Part shown: piece after piece, positions 9,542-16,175 of the stretch
Numbering within the stretch: the first letter of the stretch is position 1
How the letters are laid out: every line of letters starts with the position of its first letter
DNA from: an uncultured Actinomycetota bacterium
GTDB taxonomy: Bacteria; Actinomycetota; Humimicrobiia; Humimicrobiales; Humimicrobiaceae
Assembly: GCA_964578525.1 (NCBI GenBank)
Contig: CAZODG010000001.1
Span: 1-38,214, forward strand
Reading direction: 5' to 3'
Length of the DNA: 38,214 bases
Notes under the pieces: model-generated
Databases searched by the model: none
Told to the model about the DNA's origin: nothing
The model's input: the letters and a program-made list of their open reading frames with translations, nothing else
Made by a program: the position numbers and the translations under genes

Positions 9542-10408
9542 TTAAATAGTATTTGAATAATATTCAAGGTATTTTAAGCCTTTTTTAGATAATTTTCTCT
9601 TGCCGCTGCTGCCGGAGGCAAGCATTTTGTTCTTTTCCAGGTAGATTAATTCCCGGTATGAAGTAGAGAGACTAAAGCCCAGTTCGCTGGCTATCGTAGA
9701 AGGCCCGGCTTCTTCCAGTTCCAGGATCACAAAAAGGATCTTATTTTGTCTGTCGGATAATGCTTTATGGTCAAATTTATCTATGCCATCCGCCGGAGTT
9801 TTTTTATCCTCGTCGGGAATAACAGGTATCGTCTCACCGGTTGTCTTGATTTCCGTATCCTTTACGCTCTCACTCTTTTCAGGCTGTCCAAGTTTTAAAG
9901 ATATTACCGTCCCCTTTTTTATATTGTCTTTTACATCGATAGATCCCCCGGAAAAAGTTATAGTTTCTTTTACTATAGGAAAACCCGAACCCACTCCCCT
10001 GATGTATTCTTTCATTTTACTCGTAGCGGAAGTATATCCCGGCAGGAAAGCTTTTTCTTTATCTTCGATTCCCGGTCCCTGGTCCGTTATGATTATATGG
10101 TCTCCCCTTTCCAACACAGTAATCACAACTTCTTTGAAATCTGCGTGTATAAGATTCTCTATTATCTCTTTTATTATTGTATAAGGAATTCTTCCGCCAA
10201 TCTCATGGGATAGACTATAGGTTTTTTGGGTGGTTTCATTAATGAAGTCCGCAATATTATCATAGCTGAGATTCACTATCCTTGGAATGCTCCGCATATT
10301 GTCATAGATTGCGATTCTGACCGGTATTTTTTCAATGTTTCCATAGATTTTGTTGGAATCGGCAGCATTATTTGGTTTAGTATTTTCGTCAGGCATTATT
10401 AATGTCAA
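9542..10408 (-). CDS. GHKL (histidine-kinase-like) ATPase domain fused to a C-terminal winged-helix DNA-binding domain; function unknown
   Basis: 288 aa with Bergerat-fold motifs: N-box EIIENLIHAD, G1 DQGPGI, G2 GVGSGFPIV. No DHp/His box, TM segment or receiver is present. The C-terminus (LSDRQNKILFVILELEEAGPSTIASELGFSLSTSYRELIYLEKNKML) looks MarR/ArsR-like wHTH. The stop is 12 nt upstream of the dnaA ATG on the same strand. Confidence 0.7.
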   Translation of the reverse strand: MTLIMPDENTKPNNAADSNKIYGNIEKIPVRIAIYDNMRSIPRIVNLSYDNIADFINETTQKTYSLSHEIGGRIPYTIIKEIIENLIHADFKEVVITVLERGDHIIITDQGPGIEDKEKAFLPGYTSATSKMKEYIRGVGSGFPIVKETITFSGGSIDVKDNIKKGTVISLKLGQPEKSESVKDTEIKTTGETIPVIPDEDKKTPADGIDKFDHKALSDRQNKILFVILELEEAGPSTIASELGFSLSTSYRELIYLEKNKMLASGSSGKRKLSKKGLKYLEYYSNTI

Positions 10409-10490
10409 CTTTAAATGCGAATTGTTTTATTTAACAGAAAACATATCAATCAACGATATTGCTTTTCATTTTCTTTTCAGAAGCTTAAGG

Positions 10491-10643
10491 TTTTCAACAG
10501 ATTAATAATAATATTTTAACAAGGAAAAAGCTACTAGATTGTATGACAAATCCTACGGAGCAAAATCATCTGACATGTGATTTAGTGAAGTTTTTTAAGT
10601 TTTCAACATTTTTTTCAACAGGTGTTGATAAGTTGTTGAAATT
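10491..10643. promoter_or_regulatory. DnaA-box cluster (candidate oriC module upstream of dnaA)
   Basis: TTTTCAACA occurs at 10491-10499, 10600-10608 and 10612-10620. Inverted copies are TGTTGATAA at 10623-10631 and TGTTGAAAT at 10635-10643. These are one- or two-mismatch variants of TTATCCACA. An AT-rich stretch follows at about 10668-10700. Confidence 0.55.
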
Positions 10644-10803
10644 TTTGAAATACTATGAGAAATTGCACCATAATATATATAAAAAAAATTTCATTTTCAG
10701 GAAGGGTCTTTCACCAGAACAAGTGTTTGAATAAATAACGCGCTCTAAAGAAAAGACGAAAATAAAAAGGCTTAAAGGCACATCTTATTTAGATGCGGTA
10801 ACC

Positions 10804-10832
10804 TTGATATTAGAAAGATTAAAATGTATAAT
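10804..10832 (+). promoter_or_regulatory. Candidate sigma-70 promoter for rpmH-rnpA
   Basis: TTGATA (10804-10809), a 17-nt spacer, then TATAAT (10827-10832), 44 nt upstream of the rpmH ATG. Confidence 0.45.
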
Positions 10833-10875
10833 CTACTACTTGACTGAAAACAACAATATATAGATTGGGTAAAAA

Positions 10876-11010
10876 ATGAAAAGGACATTTCAGCCGAACG
10901 CAAGGAAAAGGAAAAAGGTTCATGGCTTCAGAATAAGAATGGAAACCAAAGCCGGCAGAGCTGTAATTGCGTGCAGGAGAAAAAAAGGAAGAAAAAAGCT
11001 TTCTGCTTAA
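10876..11010 (+). CDS. rpmH: 50S ribosomal protein L34
   Basis: Hand-translated 44 aa: [44 protein letters not shown]. This is the canonical L34 sequence pattern. It is below the ORF-track length cut-off. Confidence 0.9.
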   Translation: MKRTFQPNARKRKKVHGFRIRMETKAGRAVIACRRKKGRKKLSA

Positions 11011-11016
11011 AGATGA

Positions 11017-11373
11017 AAAAGGAAGACTAATATCAAATTTGAAACACTTAAAAGAAAAAGTGATTTTTCAAGGGTAATAAAAGAAGGTTCATGCAAAAGG
11101 GATAAATATTTAAAGTTATATATATACAAAAGAGCAGAAATTGGTGGACCCGTAAGAATCGGATTAGGAGTAAGTAAAAAAATAGGCGGAGCCGTTCTAA
11201 GAAATAAAATTAAAAGAGTGTTAAGAGAAGCTTTAAGAAAAGTTGAAATAGAAAGTTTCAACAATTTAGATGTTTTGATTGCAGCTAAACCGATCATTAT
11301 TACTGCAAGCTTATTAGAAATAAAGAAGATACTGGAAAATACGTTGACGTCATTTCTTACCGGCCAACTGTAA
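11017..11373 (+). CDS. rnpA: Ribonuclease P protein component (start codon unresolved)
   Basis: Hand translation of the frame open from 11017 to the TAA at 11371-11373 gives KRKTNIKFETLKRKSDFSRVIKEG...GLGVSKKIGGAVLRNKIKRVLREA... The RNR-like motif (LRNKIKR) and the position after rpmH identify it. No ATG/GTG/TTG occurs in frame near the 5' end (see findings). Confidence 0.75.
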   Translation, partial: KRKTNIKFETLKRKSDFSRVIKEGSCKRDKYLKLYIYKRAEIGGPVRIGLGVSKKIGGAVLRNKIKRVLREALRKVEIESFNNLDVLIAAKPIIITASLLEIKKILENTLTSFLTGQL

Positions 11374-11398
11374 ATAATAATCTATCACTGGTTTAATC

Positions 11399-11608
11399 GT
11401 GAAGAAAATACTAATTTTTTTAATTAAGGTTTATAAAAAATATATCTCGCCCGTATTGCCAAAAAGCTGCAGGTTCTACCCTACCTGTTCAGAATATGCA
11501 GTCGGCGCTATTAGTAAATATGGCGTATTTAAAGGCAGTATTAAATCAATGTATAGAATATTAAGATGCAATCCCTTCAATAAAGGTGGATATGATCCTG
11601 TAAAATAA
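11399..11608 (+). CDS. yidD: Membrane protein insertion efficiency factor YidD
   Basis: 69 aa with [23 protein letters not shown], the YidD signature. GTG start. Confidence 0.9.
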   Translation: MKKILIFLIKVYKKYISPVLPKSCRFYPTCSEYAVGAISKYGVFKGSIKSMYRILRCNPFNKGGYDPVK

Positions 11609-11623
11609 AAGAAAGGTTATAAA

Positions 11624-12481
11624 TTGAATTGGTTATTACAAATATTAAGCCCAATCCAGCATGGATTAGAGTACATAGTTATTTTTTTATATAATCATGT
11701 AGTTGCGAATTACGGCATAGTTATAATACTACTGACTATAATAGTAAGGATAGTCCTTGTCCCCCTTACCATAAGCCAGACCAGGTCTATGGCAAAAATG
11801 CAGAAAATACAGCCGGAGCTTAAAGAACTGCAAAAAAAATATAAAGATGACAAGCAAAAGCTGCAGCAGGAGACAATGGAGTTTTATAAGAAAAATAATG
11901 TAAATCCGCTGGCGGGATGCTTGCCTCTACTCTTTCAGATGCCTGTATTTTTTGCATTGTTCCAGGCACTCCGAAACCCCTCTGAAATTGTAACAAATGT
12001 TTTAGGAGGTTTTAACCTGGAGGGTGTTTCTAATAGTATAAACATAGGACTGGCAGGAATTCGATCTGCTTCGGAATTTACCCTGACCGGAGTCGCAAAT
12101 CCCAATTATAATTTCTTATGGATGAATTTAAATAAAATGGATCCTTATTTCATCCTGGTCATTTTAATGGTTGCCACAATGTTTCTGTCAATGAAGATGA
12201 CAACAACGGATGCCAGACAGTCGAAGATCATGTTTATAATGCCCTTAGTATTTGGGTTTATATCATGGCAATTCCCATCGGGAATATTGATATATTGGGT
12301 AACAACAAATGCGTGGTCCATTGGCCAGCAGGGGCTCGTAAATAAACTTGTTAAAAAAGAAAAAGTAAAAGAAGAATTAAAACAGGAAAAGGCAAGTCTT
12401 GCGGGAAGTGTCGAAATAAGCGAAGAAGAAAAGAAATCAATAAGAAGAAAATTAAAAAAGAAAAGGAAAAAGAAAAGATAA
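11624..12481 (+). CDS. yidC: YidC/Oxa1-family membrane protein insertase (short, Gram-positive-like form with basic C-tail)
   Basis: 285 aa with multiple TM segments. It has a conserved GCLPLLFQMPVFFALF helix and a Lys/Arg-rich tail (RRKLKKKRKKKR). TTG start with a GAAAGG SD. Confidence 0.9.
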   Translation: MNWLLQILSPIQHGLEYIVIFLYNHVVANYGIVIILLTIIVRIVLVPLTISQTRSMAKMQKIQPELKELQKKYKDDKQKLQQETMEFYKKNNVNPLAGCLPLLFQMPVFFALFQALRNPSEIVTNVLGGFNLEGVSNSINIGLAGIRSASEFTLTGVANPNYNFLWMNLNKMDPYFILVILMVATMFLSMKMTTTDARQSKIMFIMPLVFGFISWQFPSGILIYWVTTNAWSIGQQGLVNKLVKKEKVKEELKQEKASLAGSVEISEEEKKSIRRKLKKKRKKKR

Positions 12482-12507
12482 TACTTATATCTCAGGAGGT
12501 GCCATAA

Positions 12508-13110
12508 ATGACCGAAGATAAAAGTATAAAAGATGCTGTAAATGCATTTGTAGAATTACTGGAAGAAGAACAAAAAAGAAACAGGTTAGTAGAAAATACT
12601 CCTAAAAATATAGTAAAAGAAAAAGACATAGTAAAAGAAAAAGATATAGAGAGTAATGGGCTTGAAAAAACAAAAGTGATTTTAAAAAAAATATTAAAAC
12701 TCATATGTCCCGGAGAAGAAGTAAAGATTGAAGCAGATTCGGAAGAACTAAGGCTATCGGTCCAGGGCGAGGATCTGGGAATCGTTATAGGCCGGGACGG
12801 GAAGAATATACAGGCACTTGAGTATATTATAAACTTGATTGGGAAGAGAAAAAAATTTGTAGATAGGAATATAATAATAGATATAAAAGACTATAGAAAA
12901 AAAAGAATTGATGGGATAAAAAAAACTGCGATATTTATGGCAAAAAAAGCAATTAACGAAGGAAGAAAAATAGCATTAAAACCGATGGATTCTTACGAGA
13001 GAAAAATAATACATAATCTGCTCGCAAGATTTAGCAACGTGACAACAAGAAGCAGATACGATGAACCGAACAGAAGAATAATAATTTATCCAATAAAGAG
13101 CAGCAAATAG
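12508..13110 (+). CDS. jag: Jag/KhpB RNA-binding protein (KH + R3H domains)
   Basis: 200 aa with a KH GxxG loop (VIGRDGKNIQALEYI) and R3H (SYERKIIHNLL). It holds the conserved position after yidC. It contains an in-frame 18-nt tandem duplication (IVKEKD x2). Confidence 0.85.
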   Translation: MTEDKSIKDAVNAFVELLEEEQKRNRLVENTPKNIVKEKDIVKEKDIESNGLEKTKVILKKILKLICPGEEVKIEADSEELRLSVQGEDLGIVIGRDGKNIQALEYIINLIGKRKKFVDRNIIIDIKDYRKKRIDGIKKTAIFMAKKAINEGRKIALKPMDSYERKIIHNLLARFSNVTTRSRYDEPNRRIIIYPIKSSK

Positions 13111-13136
13111 AAAATATAGAGATTATTAAAAATATA

Positions 13137-13166
13137 AAATGGCACCGAAGTGTGCCATTTTTTTGT
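13137..13166 (+). terminator. Rho-independent terminator after jag
   Basis: Stem AAATGGCAC (13137-13145) pairs with GTGCCATTT (13152-13160) around a 6-nt loop, followed by a T-run. Confidence 0.6.
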
Positions 13167-13248
13167 TGGCTTTATTTTTGAATAAATATAAATATTAAAT
13201 ATAATAAGATCAGAAATTTTAAAAGTACCACAGGAGACAAGTGTAAAA

Positions 13249-14637
13249 ATGAAAGCGGAAATATACGATACTATAATAGCTATAGGTACAAGAGCCGGTG
13301 AAGCTGCGATTGGCATAGTCAAATTAAGTGGCAGCAGGTCGATTTTTATTGCTGACAAGATATTTAAAGCAAAAAATAAAAAGAAGATCAAAAATATTGG
13401 TACGTATAACATGCTTTACGGACATATTATTGATAATGAGGGCTATTTCATTGATGAAGTAATTGTTACGGTAATGAAAAACCCTGGTTCATATACCCGG
13501 GAAGATGTTGTAGAGATAAACTGTCACGGTGGAATAATTGCTACTACTAAAACGATGGAATTATGTATTGAAAACGGTGCAAGAATAGCGGATCCGGGAG
13601 AATTTACGAAAAGAGCTTTTTTAAATGGCAGAATAGATCTATCACAAGCGGAAGCGGTTATAGATCTGGTAAGATCAAGAACAGAACAAAGCCTGAGGCT
13701 CGCAGCGAAGAATTTAAGGGGTAATATTAAAGAAGAGATAAAGAGACTGAGAAAAAATCTTCTGGATATACGCGTACAACTGGAAGCCTCGGTAGACTTT
13801 ATTGAAGAAGACCTGGAAGTAACGCCATATCAGGAAATCACAAAAGAAATAAAAAAATTAGTTACAGAACTTGAAGAATTGATAATAAACGAAAAAAAGG
13901 GAGAGATTATAAAGAATGGTGTCAAAATTGCAATTATCGGGAAACCGAATGTAGGGAAATCAAGCTTACTGAATTTACTCTCCAGGAAAGAAAAGGCAAT
14001 AGTGACTCCAATTCCCGGAACGACGAGGGATGCAGTGGAGGAAATATTGTATGTTGAAGGAATACCGCTCATCCTGGTCGATACAGCCGGGATAAGAAAA
14101 ACAAGAAGCACGATAGAAAAAATAGGAGTAGACAAGAGTTTAAAACATATTGACGAAGCCGAGTTGATTCTACTGGTCCTAGACGGAAACAGGAAGTTGG
14201 AGCAAATGGATTTGCAAATAATAAATAAAATAAAAGGTAAAAGCATTATTTGCTGTATAAATAAAATAGATTTAAAACAAAAGCTGGAAATAGAAAGGAT
14301 CAAGAATTATTTTGATGAAAGAGATGTTATAAAGATTTCTGCATTAAAAGGAAAAGGAATTAAGGAGTTAGAAAATAAAATAAAATCTGTGATATTTGGT
14401 AATGGAGATATCGATCTGGAGGAAAAAATCATTATTAACAGAAGGCATAAAGAGATATTAGAAGAAGTAAATAAATCTTTAAATAGTGCAATGGAAGCAG
14501 TAAAAGACAGGATGTCCGAAGAATTTCCTTCATATGATTTAAAGACTGCATTTGAACTGCTGGGAGAGATAATAGGTGAAACTGCGAGAGAGGATATTCT
14601 GGAAAAGATATTCAGTCAATTCTGCATAGGTAAATAA
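13249..14637 (+). CDS. mnmE: tRNA modification GTPase MnmE (TrmE)
   Basis: 462 aa with G1 GKPNVGKSS, G3 DTAG, G4 NKID and the C-terminal CIGK motif. Confidence 0.95.
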   Translation: MKAEIYDTIIAIGTRAGEAAIGIVKLSGSRSIFIADKIFKAKNKKKIKNIGTYNMLYGHIIDNEGYFIDEVIVTVMKNPGSYTREDVVEINCHGGIIATTKTMELCIENGARIADPGEFTKRAFLNGRIDLSQAEAVIDLVRSRTEQSLRLAAKNLRGNIKEEIKRLRKNLLDIRVQLEASVDFIEEDLEVTPYQEITKEIKKLVTELEELIINEKKGEIIKNGVKIAIIGKPNVGKSSLLNLLSRKEKAIVTPIPGTTRDAVEEILYVEGIPLILVDTAGIRKTRSTIEKIGVDKSLKHIDEAELILLVLDGNRKLEQMDLQIINKIKGKSIICCINKIDLKQKLEIERIKNYFDERDVIKISALKGKGIKELENKIKSVIFGNGDIDLEEKIIINRRHKEILEEVNKSLNSAMEAVKDRMSEEFPSYDLKTAFELLGEIIGETAREDILEKIFSQFCIGK

Positions 14638-14676
14638 AGCGTCAAAAAACAATATAATAAGGATATTTGGCGAAAA

Positions 14677-14692
14677 TGTTTCACGTGAAACA
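14677..14692. promoter_or_regulatory. parS: parS centromere-like site (ParB/Spo0J binding site)
   Basis: TGTTTCACGTGAAACA is a perfect 16-bp palindrome matching the Spo0J parS consensus TGTTNCACGTGAAACA. The palindrome extends to 18 bp (ATGTTTCACGTGAAACAT). Confidence 0.8.
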
Positions 14693-14708
14693 TTTATAAT
14701 ATTCAGAT

Positions 14709-16130
14709 ATGGGAATAAAAACAAAAAACGAAAATATATATGATGTAGTGGTAATAGGTAGCGGACATGCAGGTTGTGAGGCAGCTCTTAGTTCTGCAAG
14801 AAATGGTTCCAGGACTCTACTTGTATCAATAAATATGGATAGTATAGCTATTATGCCTTATGGCAGTACCGTGGGAGGTGCCGGAAAGAGCCAACTGTTA
14901 AGAGAAGCAGATATACTGGGCGGAGAGATCTCAAAAAATATAGATAAAAATTTAATTCATCTTAAAGAACTCAAAAATACGGAAAATAAGACCAATGCGG
15001 CCTTTCAGGCAATAGTTGATCGAAAAGGGTATTCTCTTTCAATGAAAGAAGTACTGGAAAAGCAAAGCAATTTAGATTTAAGGCAGGGGCTCGCGGTAAA
15101 TGTAGAAGAATATAAAAGCGGATATTTCTTATACACAAGTGATGAGATTGTGTACTCCTGCAGGTCTATCATTATATGCACCGGTACTTTCCTTAAAGCA
15201 AGAATTTTCTGGGGCGATTATATGATAGAAGCAGGGAGGCAGGGCGAAATATGCTCAAAAAAGCTGCTGGGTGGTTTGAAAAATTTTGATTTCAAATTCG
15301 GGAAATTAAAGAATTATGCCGCTCCCGTAGTGGATAAAAAATCAATTGATTTGAGTAATCTGAAAAAGCAGCAATATAGCAGGAAGAAATGGACATTTTC
15401 ACATGAAAGTAATTTTATAAAGAGAGAGCAGGTCTATTTTTATACGACTTATATAGAAAAAGATTTTTCCGGATTTTTACGGAGACATGTAGCCAGCATT
15501 AAAGATAATGGAATCAGTAATTATACTGATATATCAAAAGATGCCATTTCAATAGAAGATAGAATATTGAAAAAAGAGGATATTCAGAATATAGAGGTCT
15601 CAATAAAACCATTTGGTAGAGATACAGAAGAAGCATATCTGAATGGTCTTGAAACTGCAGTATCGGAAGAGGTACAGGTTGAAATGTTAAGAAAAATTAA
15701 AAATTTTGAGGGTGTGGAAATAACCAGACCCGGCTATGGAATAGAATACTACTATTTGCTTCCTTATCAACTAAAAGGAAATCTGGAAAGTAAAACCCTT
15801 AATAGATTTTTCTTCGCCGGCCAGATAAACGGAACCACTGGTTACGAAGAGTCAGCCGTACAGGGACTAATTGCAGGGATCAATGCATCCAGAAAAGCGA
15901 GAAACCTTAACAGTATTGTTGTAAATAGGGATGATGGCTATACGGGACAGCTAATAAGCATCCTGACAGAGAAAGAATCAAAAAGGTCCCGCAGCGGAAG
16001 ATTAATAATAAATAATGAAGATTTTTGCAACGATGATTCCAGTGATGTTAATAAAATGATGAAGATTCTATTAAGTATTGGCTCTGATGAAAGAGCAGAG
16101 AAAATCATGAGAAACATAATAAATAAATAA
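14709..16130 (+). CDS. Divergent, C-terminally truncated MnmG/GidA-family flavoprotein paralog
   Basis: 473 aa, colinear with the N-terminal ~470 aa of the adjacent canonical MnmG. It keeps the FAD motif VVIGSGHAGCEAA, plus GGAGKSQL, RPGYGIEYYY and FFAGQINGTTGYEES. It lacks the C-terminal ~150 aa and both conserved Cys positions. Confidence 0.75.
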   Translation: MGIKTKNENIYDVVVIGSGHAGCEAALSSARNGSRTLLVSINMDSIAIMPYGSTVGGAGKSQLLREADILGGEISKNIDKNLIHLKELKNTENKTNAAFQAIVDRKGYSLSMKEVLEKQSNLDLRQGLAVNVEEYKSGYFLYTSDEIVYSCRSIIICTGTFLKARIFWGDYMIEAGRQGEICSKKLLGGLKNFDFKFGKLKNYAAPVVDKKSIDLSNLKKQQYSRKKWTFSHESNFIKREQVYFYTTYIEKDFSGFLRRHVASIKDNGISNYTDISKDAISIEDRILKKEDIQNIEVSIKPFGRDTEEAYLNGLETAVSEEVQVEMLRKIKNFEGVEITRPGYGIEYYYLLPYQLKGNLESKTLNRFFFAGQINGTTGYEESAVQGLIAGINASRKARNLNSIVVNRDDGYTGQLISILTEKESKRSRSGRLIINNEDFCNDDSSDVNKMMKILLSIGSDERAEKIMRNIINK

Positions 16131-16133
16131 CGA

Positions 16134-16149
16134 TGTTTCACGTGAAACA
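16134..16149. promoter_or_regulatory. parS: parS centromere-like site (second copy)
   Basis: Identical TGTTTCACGTGAAACA, again within the 18-bp palindrome ATGTTTCACGTGAAACAT. It lies 3 nt after the paralog stop and about 30 nt before mnmG. Confidence 0.8.
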
Positions 16150-16175
16150 TATATTATTCAATAGATATTGAGTGG

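Noticed and set aside
10543-10734. 63-aa plus-strand ORF inside the rpmH-dnaA-side intergenic region
   Set aside because: It spans the DnaA-box cluster itself, has no SD, and its sequence is dictated by the repeated TTTTCAACA/TGTTGAAA boxes. It is better explained as origin DNA.
11007-11297. 96-aa minus-strand ORF
   Set aside because: It lies antisense to the rnpA frame, which carries clear RNase P protein motifs.
14539-14724. Minus-strand ORFs 14539-14724 and 15938-16150 initiating in or next to the 18-bp parS palindrome (15938-16150 reads MFHVKHR...)
   Set aside because: Each initiates at or next to an ATG created by the 18-bp parS palindrome ATGTTTCACGTGAAACAT and then runs antisense into mnmE or the MnmG paralog. 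They are artefacts of the palindrome, not genes.
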